From: Bacteroidia bacterium
GTDB taxonomy: Bacteria > Bacteroidota > Bacteroidia > AKYH767-A > OLB10
Direction: 5' to 3'
NCBI GenBank assembly: GCA_013001815.1
Contig: JABDLV010000227.1
Coordinates: forward strand, 1 to 48,487
Length of the DNA stretch: 48,487 nt
The first letter of the stretch is position 1; every line of letters begins with the position of its first letter. A program made the position numbers and the translations under genes. This document shows positions 1 to 9,705 of this stretch, in pieces. The notes below the pieces were generated by a model. It was given only the letters and a program-made list of their open reading frames with translations. It did not search any database and was not told the origin of the DNA.

Positions 1-105
1 GGCATTCTATATTTAATGGCTGTCCCATATCTTTTGTTTGGTGGAGGCGCAGCATATCTTTACATTTCTTATAAAAAAAGACAAGCAGCTAATCTTGCAG
101 CTTAA
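1..105 (+). CDS. 3-prime end of a gene truncated by the window edge (hydrophobic C-terminal tail, probably a membrane protein)
   Basis: Frame 1 is open from base 1 to TAA at 103-105 ([34 protein letters not shown]). A hydrophobic stretch is followed by a basic tail. Nothing more can be identified. Confidence 0.3.
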   Translation, partial: GILYLMAVPYLLFGGGAAYLYISYKKRQAANLAA

Positions 106-131
106 TTTATCTTCTACTAATTCTTAAAGAA

Positions 132-1190
132 TTGAAAAAACTATATAACATATATGGCAAAGAGCAATTGCAAAAGCGATTGGATGGAGAAGCGTTTTCT
201 CGCAGAACGCTTTCTTATTACCGTTATGTATATATAGATAATGTGGAGGAATACAGAGATGCTTTGTATGAAAAGTTTGAAGCAATTGGTGTATTAGGAA
301 GAATTTACGTTGCACATGAAGGCATTAATGCACAAATAAATGTTCCTGAACCAAAATGGGATAAATTTTTGGAGTTACTGCAAGAAGATACATACACCAA
401 AGACATTCCATTGAAAATTGCTATTGAAGATGATGGCAAATCATTTTTAAAACTAATAGTTCGGGTTAGGAATAAAATTGTAGCAGATGGTTTAAATGAT
501 CATGATTTTGATGTTACCAATGTGGGGAAGCATTTAAGTGCAGATCAATTTAATGAAGCGTTAAATAACCCTGATACCATTTGTGTAGACATGCGTAACC
601 ACTACGAAAGCGAAGTGGGTCATTTTAGAAACGCGATACTTCCGGATACAGATACTTTTAGAGAAACTCTGCCTAAGGTTGTTGAACAGTTAGAAGATAA
701 GAAAGACAAAAAAATTATCATGTATTGCACAGGTGGCATACGATGCGAAAAAGCCAGTGCCTATTTAAAACACCACGGCTTTAAAGATGTAAACCAATTG
801 CATGGTGGAATTATTGAGTATGCACAACAGGTTAAGCATAACAATGTAGATTCTAGTTACATTGGAAGTAATTTTGTTTTTGATAATCGATTAGGCGAGC
901 AAATATCTGAAGATGTGATTTCTGAATGTCATCAGTGTGGTAAACCTAGCGCTAGACATACCAATTGCGCGAATGATGATTGCCATTTACTATTTATACA
1001 ATGTGAAGAATGCTCACAAATTCATCAAGGTACATGTACTCCAAAATGCCAGGATATTGTAAACCTACCAATTGAAGAACAACGTAAACTAAGAAAAGGT
1101 AAGGTTAAACACGGTGCACATTCTGTTTACAAAAGCAGAATTAGACCTAAGCTAAAAGAGTTTTTTAAAAAGGAATCTAAAAAGGCTTAA
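132..1190 (+). CDS. trhO: Rhodanese-domain tRNA uridine(34) hydroxylase, UPF0176/YceA family
   Basis: N-terminal block [26 protein letters not shown]; rhodanese active-site loop [10 protein letters not shown]; Cys-rich C-terminal tail (CHQCG..C..C). TTG start at 132, with no in-frame ATG nearby. Confidence 0.85.
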   Translation: MKKLYNIYGKEQLQKRLDGEAFSRRTLSYYRYVYIDNVEEYRDALYEKFEAIGVLGRIYVAHEGINAQINVPEPKWDKFLELLQEDTYTKDIPLKIAIEDDGKSFLKLIVRVRNKIVADGLNDHDFDVTNVGKHLSADQFNEALNNPDTICVDMRNHYESEVGHFRNAILPDTDTFRETLPKVVEQLEDKKDKKIIMYCTGGIRCEKASAYLKHHGFKDVNQLHGGIIEYAQQVKHNNVDSSYIGSNFVFDNRLGEQISEDVISECHQCGKPSARHTNCANDDCHLLFIQCEECSQIHQGTCTPKCQDIVNLPIEEQRKLRKGKVKHGAHSVYKSRIRPKLKEFFKKESKKA

Positions 1191-2172
1191 TCCCAATAAT
1201 TTCTCTTACTTCCTTTACGGTTTTGATAGCGCTTTCCAAGGCTTTTTCTTTTCCTTCTTGCAATACTTTTTGAATGTATTTATCGTCAGAAGAAAGCTCA
1301 TCTATTTTTTCTTTAACAGGAGCTAAAAATTTCACCATGTCTTCGGCTAATTGCTTTTTTAAATCACCGTAACGTATGCTGCAATCATTATAAACATCTT
1401 CAAAATGCTGAACAGTGTCATCCGTAGAAACAGTTTTTAGTAAAGTAAATAGATTTACAATTTCTTCTGGTTTTTCCTGGTTGGGCTTTTCCGGTCCGCT
1501 ATCTGTTTTAGCACGCATTATTTTTTTGGTCATTACTTTCGGATCATCTGCTAAAAATATAGCATTGCCTTCTCCTTCAGACTTTCCCATTTTACCACTT
1601 CCATCTAAGCCCGGTATTTTAACCAGTGCTGTTCCAAAATTAAATGCTTGTGGTTCAGGAAAATATTCTGTTTCATAAATTCGGTTAAAACGATTACCAA
1701 ATGTTCGCGTCATTTCCAGGTGTTGTTCCTGGTCTTTCCCAACCGGTACTTTATGTGCTTTGTGCAACAAAATATCTGCTGCCATTAAGCTAGGATAGGT
1801 TAACAAACCCGCGTTTACATTATCAGGTTGCTTTCTGATTTTATCTTTAAAGGAAGTGCAACGTTGTAATTCACCAACATATGCATTCATATTCAAAAGC
1901 AAATACAATTCAGCAACTTGTGGTACATCGCTTTGCACATAAATGGTGCATTTTTCCGGGTCAATACCGCAAGCTAAATACTCAACCAAAACTTGTTTTA
2001 CATTGCTGTGTAAATCTGCAGGGTGTGGATGAGTAGTTAAAGAGTGATAATCTGCAATAAAGAAATAGCAGTTATTCTCATTCTGCATTTTTACAAAATT
2101 TTTAATTGCACCCAAATAGTTACCTAAATGCAAATTGCCCGTGCTTCTTATGCCACTAACTACTGTTTCCAT
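1177..2172 (-). CDS. trpS: Tryptophan--tRNA ligase
   Basis: Class-I synthetase signatures [11 protein letters not shown] (HIGH-type) and KMGKS (KMSKS). 331 aa is typical for TrpRS. The 3-prime end overlaps trhO by 14 nt (convergent). Confidence 0.9.
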   Translation of the reverse strand: METVVSGIRSTGNLHLGNYLGAIKNFVKMQNENNCYFFIADYHSLTTHPHPADLHSNVKQVLVEYLACGIDPEKCTIYVQSDVPQVAELYLLLNMNAYVGELQRCTSFKDKIRKQPDNVNAGLLTYPSLMAADILLHKAHKVPVGKDQEQHLEMTRTFGNRFNRIYETEYFPEPQAFNFGTALVKIPGLDGSGKMGKSEGEGNAIFLADDPKVMTKKIMRAKTDSGPEKPNQEKPEEIVNLFTLLKTVSTDDTVQHFEDVYNDCSIRYGDLKKQLAEDMVKFLAPVKEKIDELSSDDKYIQKVLQEGKEKALESAIKTVKEVREIIGIKPF

Positions 2173-2210
2173 GCGGTCGAAATTACAAAAATTGAGCTAC
2201 ATTTGAAGCA

Positions 2211-2969
2211 ATGTCCTTCCCACGGAAAATAGCAGGAAATATTTGGAGAACACTATTTTATATAAACGCGTTTATTACGTTTTTACCCATGTATCCATTA
2301 TTTCTCATTTACCTTTCTAAAAAGAAATGGTGGCCAAAAGTTTTTGAGCTTAAACGATTTTGGGCGCGGCTCATTTTGTTTAATGTGGGATTATCTACTA
2401 AAATAATAAGCAGTCCGAAATTAGATTGTAACCGTGCTTATGTGTTTTGCCCCAATCACTCATCTATTTTAGACATCATAACAACATATAGATGCTTTCC
2501 TTGTTATTTTCATTTTATGGGGAAGGCGGAATTGAAAAAGGTACCCTTCTTTAGAATATTTTTTCATGATATGAATATTACTGTGAATAGAGATAGTATT
2601 ATTTCATCACACCGTGCTTTTATTCGAGCTGGTAGAGATTTAGATGAAGGAATAAGTATGGCAATTTTTCCCGAAGCAGCCATCCATGACTCTGCACCAA
2701 AGTTAGCACCATTTAAAAATGGTGCTTTTAAATTGGCAATTGATAAACAGGTGCCTATTGTACCGGTTACTTACCTGAATAATTATGAGTTAATTCCAGA
2801 CTATGAAAAAGATTTTGGTGGTAAGCCAGGTACTTCGAAGGTAATTATACATGAGCCCATTGAAACAAAGGGCATGACTGATGAAGATATTGTATCTTTG
2901 AAAGCTAAAGTTTTTGAAATTATTGAAAAGACCTTAATAGAGAATGGAAGTTACAGACAGTTTAATTGA
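2211..2969 (+). CDS. plsC: 1-acyl-sn-glycerol-3-phosphate acyltransferase
   Basis: HX4D motif (NHSSILD), FPEA block, N-terminal transmembrane segment. Confidence 0.8.
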   Translation: MSFPRKIAGNIWRTLFYINAFITFLPMYPLFLIYLSKKKWWPKVFELKRFWARLILFNVGLSTKIISSPKLDCNRAYVFCPNHSSILDIITTYRCFPCYFHFMGKAELKKVPFFRIFFHDMNITVNRDSIISSHRAFIRAGRDLDEGISMAIFPEAAIHDSAPKLAPFKNGAFKLAIDKQVPIVPVTYLNNYELIPDYEKDFGGKPGTSKVIIHEPIETKGMTDEDIVSLKAKVFEIIEKTLIENGSYRQFN

Positions 2970-3237
2970 TCACTTGGCCAATTTGGCAAAGCTTGAGTTT
3001 TCCGAGAAAGAAAAAGAGGTAATTAAGCAAGACTTGGAAAAGATGATAGATTTTGTAGATACATTAAAATCAGTAGACACTGCAGGAGTAGAGCCACTGA
3101 TTTATATGAATACGGATGTAAATGTTTTGCGTGATGATGTGGTGGAACAAACCATTACTAAAGAAGAAGCATTAAAAAATGCTCCACAAAAGGATTCAGA
3201 TTACTTTAAAGTGCCAACAGTTTTAAAAAGCAAGTAA
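2944..3237 (+). CDS. gatC: Asp-tRNA(Asn)/Glu-tRNA(Gln) amidotransferase subunit C
   Basis: 97 aa; N-terminus IDHLANLAKLEFSEKEKE...MIDFVDTLKSVDT..VEP is the typical GatC pattern. Overlaps the plsC end by 26 nt. Confidence 0.8.
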   Translation: MEVTDSLIDHLANLAKLEFSEKEKEVIKQDLEKMIDFVDTLKSVDTAGVEPLIYMNTDVNVLRDDVVEQTITKEEALKNAPQKDSDYFKVPTVLKSK

Positions 3238-3238
3238 T

Positions 3239-3667
3239 TTAACTTGCAACACTTACATGGTCATCAAAGGCCATTCTTAAATTTTCAGAAATCATTTCTG
3301 CATTAGAACCTTCAATATGATGTCTTTCTATAAAATGCACCAACTTGCCATCTTTAAACAATGCAATGCATGGTGAAGATGGAGGGTAAGGTAGTGTGTG
3401 TTTTCTAGCTTCATTAGTAGCTTCTAAATCTTGACCGGCAAATACTGTAAATAAATTATCTGGCTTTTTACCATTGTTAATCGCATGTATTGCCGCTGGT
3501 CTGGCAGAACCTGCCGCACAACCGCAAACCGAGTTAATCACCAATAATGATGTTCCGCTTGCGTTTGGTAGTTTATTTTCAACCTCTTCAGCGGTACGTA
3601 ATTCGGTGAAACCCTGTGAGGTAAGCTCGGCACGCATAGGCGCACACATTTCTTCTGGATATGGCAT
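3239..3667 (-). CDS. Bacilliredoxin (BrxA/BrxB, YphP/YqiW family thiol-disulfide oxidoreductase)
   Basis: 142 aa with the family-defining motif NSVCGCAAGSARPAA. Confidence 0.75.
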   Translation of the reverse strand: MPYPEEMCAPMRAELTSQGFTELRTAEEVENKLPNASGTSLLVINSVCGCAAGSARPAAIHAINNGKKPDNLFTVFAGQDLEATNEARKHTLPYPPSSPCIALFKDGKLVHFIERHHIEGSNAEMISENLRMAFDDHVSVAS

Positions 3668-3691
3668 TTTTAGTAGTTTTTATTGTTTTTT

Positions 3692-3699
3692 CAAAGGTA
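3692..3699 (-). promoter_or_regulatory. Candidate Bacteroidota -7 box (TAccTTTG) for the bacilliredoxin gene
   Basis: CAAAGGTA on the plus strand equals TACCTTTG on the minus strand and matches TAnnTTTG. It lies 24 nt upstream of the ATG. No -33 TTTG was seen. Confidence 0.3.
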
Positions 3700-3812
3700 C
3701 ACAATTTTGTGTTTTCATAGTTATAACAGCTATTTTCAGTAAATTAGCGTTCATTAAAAAAACAACTGAAGCTAATTTTTGTTTTAAACACTTTTAAAAA
3801 TCTAACAAGAAC

Positions 3813-6665
3813 ATGATTAAAATTAATTTTAAAATCGCCCTAATTGTAATTCTAATGCTTGCTGTGGTAAGCCCGGTTATGTTTGCCCAAACAAAGCTTG
3901 TAGAAAAAGTAGAAAAGAAAGGAGATGAGATAGTTATTCCTTATGAAAAGCATGAACTTTCTAATGGACTGACTTTAATAATACATCAGGATAATTCTGA
4001 CCCAATTGTGTATGTAGACGTGACATACCATGTTGGTTCTGCTAGAGAAATTGTTGGACGTTCAGGTTTCGCTCACTTTTTTGAGCATATGATGTTTCAA
4101 GGTTCAGACAATGTAGCAGATGAAGAACACTTCAAAATAGTAAGTGAGTCTGGTGGTACTTTAAATGGAACAACAAATAGAGATAGAACGAATTACTTTG
4201 AGACGCTACCAAATAATCAATTAGAAAGAGCTTTATGGCTTGAAGCCGACAGAATGGGCTTTTTATTAGATGCCGTTACACAAAAGAAGTTTGAAGTTCA
4301 GAGAGAAACGGTTAAAAATGAAAGAGGACAGAGAATTGACAATCGTCCTTATGGGCAGGTTGGTGAAAGAGTAGGAGAAGTGTTGTATCCAAATGGACAC
4401 CCTTATTCATGGCCGGTAATTGGTTGGATGGATGATTTGAATAATGCAACATTAGATGATTTAAAAAGATTCTTTTTAAGATGGTATGGTCCTAACAATG
4501 CAACGTTAACAGTAGCTGGTGATATAGATCCAAAAGCAGTGGTAGCAATGACTGAAAAATATTTTGGTTCTATTCCAAGAGGACCGGAAGTAAACATGCC
4601 AAAAGCAGTACCGGCAAATTTGCAGGAGACCAGGTATATTAGTTATGAAGATAAAATCAGGTTTCCTTTAGTTCAAATTACATATCCAACGGTTCCTAAT
4701 AGACATGTTGATGAAGTACCATTAGATTTACTTTCTGAAATTTTAGGTGGAGGAAAAAATTCATTGCTATATAAAAATTTGAAAAAACCGAATAAAGCAA
4801 TTCAAACGTATGCCTATCATCCGTGCAGCGAATTGGCTGGTGAATTTATGCTAGTTGCTTTGGCAATGCCGGGTCAAACTCTAGCTGATATGGAGAAAAT
4901 CATAAACGAATCATTGGCTGAATTTGAAAAACGAGGTGTTACCGATGATGATGTAACCAGATTTAAAGCTAAGTATGAAGCTGACTTAATATCTAGTCTA
5001 AGTAGTGTTCAAGGAAAAGGAGCAAGATTGGCTTCTTCTCAAACTTACACGCAAAATCCAGCGTACATATTAGAAGAGCAAAAGAAATACTTATCGGTTA
5101 CTAAGGAAGATGTAATGCGAGTGTATAATCAATACATCAAAGGAAAGCACCATGTAGTAATGAGTGTATATCCTGCAGAAAAACAAGATGTAATTGCAAA
5201 AGCAGATACATATAAAGCAAAGCGTGAAGTAATGAAAGTTGCAAACGACCCTAGCACAGATGATTTAAAATATAACAAAGCAAAAGACAATTTTGACAGA
5301 AGTGTTAAACCAAGTCCGGGACCTAACCCTGTGTTAAAAGTTCCAAATATTTGGGAGCACAGTTATGATAATGGTTTAAAAGTTATTGGTTCCACTAATA
5401 ATGAATTACCAAATGTGAGTTTACGTTTAGAGATTAAGGCTGGTAAGAAAATGGAATCTTACCACAAAGGCAAAGAAGGAATAGCTCAATTAACTTCAAG
5501 CATGTTAAATGAGTCAACGGTTAAATTTACATCTGAAGAAATTTCAAGCGAATTAGAAAAATTAGGTAGTGATGTGAGCTTTAGTTCAAACAGAAATAGC
5601 ATTACTATGAATATTTCTACGTTGAAAAAGTATTTAGGAAATACCCTTTCTCTTTCTGCTGAAATGTTAATGAATCCTCGTTTTTCTGAAGAAGATTTTG
5701 AAAGAGCGAAAAGTGAGCAATTAGAAATCATTAGCAATCAAGCAAACCAAGCAGGTGTTATTGCCAATAATGTAATGGCAAAAGTACTTTATGGAGACAA
5801 GCATATACTAAGCTCATCTGCATCAGGAACTTTAGAAAGTGTTGAACGCATAACTTTAGATGATGTTAAGAATTATTACAACACTTATTTTGCTCCGAAC
5901 ATTGCTAGTTTGGTAATTGTAGGTGATGTTCATAAAGATGAAGTAATTTCTAAGTTGAACTATTTAAACACTTGGGAAAAGAAAGACATTAAAGCACCTG
6001 TGGAGAATAAGATTCCTGCAATTGCAAAAACTAAAATTTATTTGGTAGATAAGCCTGGTGCACCACAATCTGAAATTAGAATAGCAATGCCCGGTTTAAA
6101 GTATGATGCCATGGGTGATTATTATAAGAGTTACCTAATGAATTATGCACTGGGTGGTGCTTTCAACAGTCGTATTAATTTAAACTTAAGAGAAGATAAA
6201 GGATATACTTATGGTGCACGTTCAATGTTTAGTGGTGATGAGTGGAAAGGATGGTATGGAGCATTTGCTGCTGTAAGAGGAAATGTAACAGACAGTGCGG
6301 TTGCAGAATTTGTGTATGAAATTTCTGAATATCAGAAAAATGGAATTACTGCAGATGAGTTAACATTTACAAAAGCGTCTATTGGCCAAAAAGATGCAAG
6401 AGATTATGAAACGAATAGACAAAAAGCAGCATTTATTAATAGAATATTAAAGTATGACTTACCGCATGATTTTGTTGCAAAGCAAAACAGCATTTTACAA
6501 GGTATGACTGTTGAAGATATTAATGAATACGCTAGTAAATATTTGCAACCTGATAATATGTCTATAGTTGTAGTAGGAGATAAGGCTAGCATAGAAGAGC
6601 CGCTTAGTAGATTAGGCTACGAAATAGTAGTTTTAGATACCAACGGAAATCTCGTGACTCAATAA
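3813..6665 (+). CDS. Secreted M16 (insulinase/pitrilysin) family zinc peptidase, fused double-unit form
   Basis: Signal peptide; inverted zinc motif HFFEH (HxxEH) with a downstream E in VKNERGQR. The 950-aa size indicates two M16 active/inactive pairs. Confidence 0.85.
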   Translation: MIKINFKIALIVILMLAVVSPVMFAQTKLVEKVEKKGDEIVIPYEKHELSNGLTLIIHQDNSDPIVYVDVTYHVGSAREIVGRSGFAHFFEHMMFQGSDNVADEEHFKIVSESGGTLNGTTNRDRTNYFETLPNNQLERALWLEADRMGFLLDAVTQKKFEVQRETVKNERGQRIDNRPYGQVGERVGEVLYPNGHPYSWPVIGWMDDLNNATLDDLKRFFLRWYGPNNATLTVAGDIDPKAVVAMTEKYFGSIPRGPEVNMPKAVPANLQETRYISYEDKIRFPLVQITYPTVPNRHVDEVPLDLLSEILGGGKNSLLYKNLKKPNKAIQTYAYHPCSELAGEFMLVALAMPGQTLADMEKIINESLAEFEKRGVTDDDVTRFKAKYEADLISSLSSVQGKGARLASSQTYTQNPAYILEEQKKYLSVTKEDVMRVYNQYIKGKHHVVMSVYPAEKQDVIAKADTYKAKREVMKVANDPSTDDLKYNKAKDNFDRSVKPSPGPNPVLKVPNIWEHSYDNGLKVIGSTNNELPNVSLRLEIKAGKKMESYHKGKEGIAQLTSSMLNESTVKFTSEEISSELEKLGSDVSFSSNRNSITMNISTLKKYLGNTLSLSAEMLMNPRFSEEDFERAKSEQLEIISNQANQAGVIANNVMAKVLYGDKHILSSSASGTLESVERITLDDVKNYYNTYFAPNIASLVIVGDVHKDEVISKLNYLNTWEKKDIKAPVENKIPAIAKTKIYLVDKPGAPQSEIRIAMPGLKYDAMGDYYKSYLMNYALGGAFNSRINLNLREDKGYTYGARSMFSGDEWKGWYGAFAAVRGNVTDSAVAEFVYEISEYQKNGITADELTFTKASIGQKDARDYETNRQKAAFINRILKYDLPHDFVAKQNSILQGMTVEDINEYASKYLQPDNMSIVVVGDKASIEEPLSRLGYEIVVLDTNGNLVTQ

Positions 6666-6685
6666 TTACCAATTTATATTTATCC

Positions 6686-6719
6686 AAAGCCGTTTGTTTT
6701 TTAGCAAACGGCTTTTTTT
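6686..6719 (+). terminator. Rho-independent terminator after the M16 peptidase gene
   Basis: AAAGCCGTTTG-TTTTTTAG-CAAACGGCTTT followed by a T-run. A second small hairpin TGGCTTaaatAAGCCA lies at 6721-6736. Confidence 0.75.
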
Positions 6720-6930
6720 ATGGCTTAAATAAGCCAATTTCTTACTGTTTTTTGCTCTTAAGTTACTGCTTTTCAGCTATTTATTGTATATGTGCAAGTA
6801 ATTTTTTGTAACCCTTGGCCTAAAGCTTTCGTTTCACACAGTATTCCCTCCTGCCTAATTGAACACCGAATAAGAATAGGTCATGTAATCTAAGCCCTCA
6901 CTAGATACTAACCAATTTAAAAAATTGATT

Positions 6931-7272
6931 ATGAATACTAAGAGTAACCAAAAAGCAAAGCAAAGCGTATTTCCTGTTATTAAAATAGGTTACGACCAAA
7001 AGATCATTTATTGCAACCTGGCCGGTTTACCCATTTTACAAGATTGGGATTGCTCACTTAACTCAAAGTTACCTGAGTACATATTGGCTAGATACACTGC
7101 ACTAAAAAATTGTTTTGTAAATCGTGCAACGGATGAAATGTTAGTTCCGTTCCGTGATTTTGTAATTCGATTTAAAGTAGTTGCATCACCGGTAGAAGGG
7201 TTTATACAGCTAACAGGATATAAAATTGATACAGCAGTGCCTGTAAGAGATTTTAAATTTATACTCAATTAA
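6931..7272 (+). CDS. Small stand-alone sensor-like (PAS-like, tentative) protein; contains no histidine
   Basis: ORF 6925-7272 opens at TTG 6925 with an ATG at 6931. The pattern PVIKIGYDQKIIYCNLAGLPIL ... VIRFKVVASPVEGFIQLTGYKI resembles a PAS core. Adjacent to kinase-domain and receiver genes. Confidence 0.5.
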   Translation: MNTKSNQKAKQSVFPVIKIGYDQKIIYCNLAGLPILQDWDCSLNSKLPEYILARYTALKNCFVNRATDEMLVPFRDFVIRFKVVASPVEGFIQLTGYKIDTAVPVRDFKFILN

Positions 7273-7279
7273 TTTAGGA

Positions 7280-7810
7280 ATGAAACAAGTTCAGTCTTCA
7301 AATATATTAAACGAATCTGCTTTAAGAAGCTTAGTGGCAAGTAGTGTAAATAAGTGCCGATCAATTAAAAATGCAGATAAAGTTGATGTAAGGTATACCA
7401 TTAACTATGTTAACGAGTATAAAGGTAATGCTGACCAGGTGTCACTAATACTTGATAACATTATATCAAATGGAATTAAATATCAAAGTAAGGATGTAAA
7501 AAATCCTTATGTAGATGTTTTTATTGCCAGTACACCACAAAAACTAAAAATTAAAGTGCTTGATAATGGCATAGGAATGGATATTGACGAAAACGAAAAT
7601 ATTCAATTGAGCATGGCTAATGATAGAAAAAAAGACAGTCACAAAAAATTAGGTTTGTATATAGTGAATGAAATTTTACAAAAAAACAGAGGGTCATTCT
7701 TTGTTGAATCTGTAAAAAACTCAGGCACCATGGTGTTGATTGAGCTACCTAATGTGATGAATTCAAATAACAAAAATTTTAATCGGTATGAGCACAACAA
7801 TAACAACTGA
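7280..7810 (+). CDS. Histidine-kinase-like ATPase (CA/HATPase_c) domain only; no DHp/H-box
   Basis: N-box LILDNIISNGIKY and G1 box VLDNGIGM are present; the G2 region is degenerate (KKLGLYIV). The ORF starts exactly where CA domains start, and no HE..P phospho-acceptor motif is present. Confidence 0.7.
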   Translation: MKQVQSSNILNESALRSLVASSVNKCRSIKNADKVDVRYTINYVNEYKGNADQVSLILDNIISNGIKYQSKDVKNPYVDVFIASTPQKLKIKVLDNGIGMDIDENENIQLSMANDRKKDSHKKLGLYIVNEILQKNRGSFFVESVKNSGTMVLIELPNVMNSNNKNFNRYEHNNNN

Positions 7811-8219
7811 TTCAGTAAACTTAAGTCCTAAAGAAGTAAAATATCAAAATGTGTTAATCATTGATGATAACCCAATTGATGTTAAAATTCATGAGACGCT
7901 AATAAGTGCAACCAAGTTTGCTAAGAATATTACTTCTTTCAATATAGCAAAAGAGGCAGTTGCTTATTTAGAGAGTGTAAGTATTGAAAATGCACCTGAT
8001 GTAATCTTGCTTGATATTATAATGCCTGAGATGGATGGATTTCAATTTCTTGAAGCTTATGCTCAGTTATCAAAAGAATTACACAAGAAGTGCAAAGTAG
8101 TATTGCTTTCTACTTCGGATAGCTTTAAAGATTTAAATCGTGCAAACAAAAGTCCTTTTGTTCAGAAATTCTTAAACAAACCACTTACAGATAATGTGTT
8201 GGTTGCTTTAAATGTTTAA
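7788..8219 (+). CDS. Receiver-only (CheY-like) response regulator
   Basis: IIDDN acidic pocket, phospho-acceptor LLDIIMPEMDG, LLSTS, NKP lysine; no output domain. Overlaps the previous ORF by 23 nt in another frame. Confidence 0.85.
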   Translation: MSTTITTDSVNLSPKEVKYQNVLIIDDNPIDVKIHETLISATKFAKNITSFNIAKEAVAYLESVSIENAPDVILLDIIMPEMDGFQFLEAYAQLSKELHKKCKVVLLSTSDSFKDLNRANKSPFVQKFLNKPLTDNVLVALNV

Positions 8220-8223
8220 GGTA

Positions 8224-8691
8224 TTACTTCCTTTTCGATTTAAAATATTCTTTTAAAATAATAGAACATTCATTTTCTAAAATTCCGCCTGTACAATTAG
8301 TACTGGGATGTAGAATTTTATCGCCTATTTGCGTAAACCCTTTTTTTTCATCAAAGGCTCCATAAACAATATTTTGTATTTGAGTCCACATAAGAGCTCC
8401 AGCGCACATTACACATGGTTCCAATGTGACATACAATGTGCATTCATTTAAATACTTTGAATCTAAAAAGTTTGATGCTGAGGTAATGGCAATAATTTCA
8501 GCATGAGCAGTTACGTCATGCAATAATTCCGTTTGATTATGTGCCTTGGCAATTACCTGATTTTCGCAAACCACAATGGCACCAACGGGAACCTCATCGG
8601 CATCAAAAGCTTTTTCTGCTTCCTGTAAAGCAATTTTCATGAAATGAGTATCGGTAAATGGTTCTAGTGGCATAAGGACAAATAAACACAC
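8224..8691 (-). CDS. tadA: tRNA adenosine(34) deaminase
   Basis: Deaminase zinc motifs HAEIIAI and PCVMCAGAL. The true start may be the internal Met at 8673 (MPLEPFTDTHFMKIALQEA). Confidence 0.85.
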   Translation of the reverse strand: MCLFVLMPLEPFTDTHFMKIALQEAEKAFDADEVPVGAIVVCENQVIAKAHNQTELLHDVTAHAEIIAITSASNFLDSKYLNECTLYVTLEPCVMCAGALMWTQIQNIVYGAFDEKKGFTQIGDKILHPSTNCTGGILENECSIILKEYFKSKRK

Positions 8692-8905
8692 AATATAAGG
8701 CTTGAGTTAAAGCTTTTATATTTATTAACTTTTAGTTTTTAATAACAAGCCTCATAACATGTTGAAATACAGATTAGTATGAGTAAACGCAAAAACTATG
8801 TGTTTTTTACTAATCTACAACACTCAGCATCATTAATCAGGAACTGAAATTGATTTAAATTGAGTTTTAAATTTTAGTTTGTTAATCTTTTAAAATCAAT
8901 TTATT

Positions 8906-9463
8906 ATGAAAACAAAAAATATTATAAAAGTAACAGCTGCAGCGTTCGTCATTTTCTCAATGGTAGCATTCACAAACGTTTCGCATGCACAAGATGAAAA
9001 CAATGGCCAAACTGCTAATGGTAATTGGTTAATTGAAATGAATACCGGTTTTGGCAATGGTACTGCCGCACACACAGCTAATACAGGATTTGGTTTAGCT
9101 TCATCAGATGGAACAACGATTTGGTCAGTAGGTGGTGAGACAGGATACTTTATAGATGATGATTTGGCACTAAAACTTGGTCTTGGTTATACAGATTTTG
9201 ATGGTATATCTGCATTTTCATATAAATTTGGTGCTAAATATTATGCAGCTAGCATAGTGCCTGTACAGCTTGATGTTACAGGTGCAAGTTGGAAAGACGC
9301 GGATGAGAATCCTCTATGGTTGGGAATTCAAGGAGGTTATGCCATATTCCTTGGTGATATGGTTAGTGCAGAACCGGGAATCAGATATAACATATCTTTG
9401 AATGAAGATTTTACTGATGAAGGTGTTCTTGAGTTGCGTTTTGGTTTTGTATTGCACTTGTAA
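8906..9463 (+). CDS. Small outer-membrane beta-barrel protein (unknown function)
   Basis: Signal peptide ending HAQ; alternating Gly/aromatic beta-strand pattern; terminal strand LELRFGFVLHL. Confidence 0.6.
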   Translation: MKTKNIIKVTAAAFVIFSMVAFTNVSHAQDENNGQTANGNWLIEMNTGFGNGTAAHTANTGFGLASSDGTTIWSVGGETGYFIDDDLALKLGLGYTDFDGISAFSYKFGAKYYAASIVPVQLDVTGASWKDADENPLWLGIQGGYAIFLGDMVSAEPGIRYNISLNEDFTDEGVLELRFGFVLHL

Positions 9464-9496
9464 AACTCAACGGGTATTATTCATATCATATATCAG

Positions 9497-9524
9497 GGGA
9501 GCTCGAAGGAGTTCCCTTTTTTTT
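9497..9524 (+). terminator. Rho-independent terminator
   Basis: GGGAGCTC-GAAG-GAGTTCCC (one G-U pair) followed by T8. Confidence 0.75.
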
Positions 9525-9705
9525 GTCCTTTATGTTTTTATTTTCCCTCTGCTTAAAACCTCTTGTATATCAATTGCTTATAAAGCAAAATTAGAAACAA
9601 AATATATTATGTTCTCGTAAAATCAGATAAATCAGTCATTTTTAAAGAAAAACTATATACATTGAATTTTAGTTTTATTTATTCACTTTTTAAAAACCAA
9701 TTATT

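Noticed and set aside
2198-2205. TACATTTG (a TAnnTTTG match) just upstream of plsC
   Set aside because: It ends only 5 nt before the ATG and has no -33 TTTG. It would work only for a leaderless transcript, so it is not reported as a feature.
8771-8816. 9-bp inverted repeat AGATTAGTA … TACTAATCT with a 28-nt loop in the tadA/OMP divergent region
   Set aside because: The arms are short and AT-rich and the loop is large. It is easily explained by chance, with no flanking T-run or second copy.
8841-8905. Similarity between the leaders of the two small OMP genes (…TTTTAAAATCAATTTATTATGAAA vs …TTTTTAAAAACCAATTATTATGAAA at 9680-9711)
   Set aside because: A/T-rich sequence with ATGAAA starts is the general translation-initiation context in this genome. 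The two proteins are not obviously homologous, so the resemblance is probably compositional.
9402-9620. 72-aa ORF overlapping the end of the OMP gene
   Set aside because: It runs straight through the rho-independent terminator at 9497-9524 and has no start context or motif.
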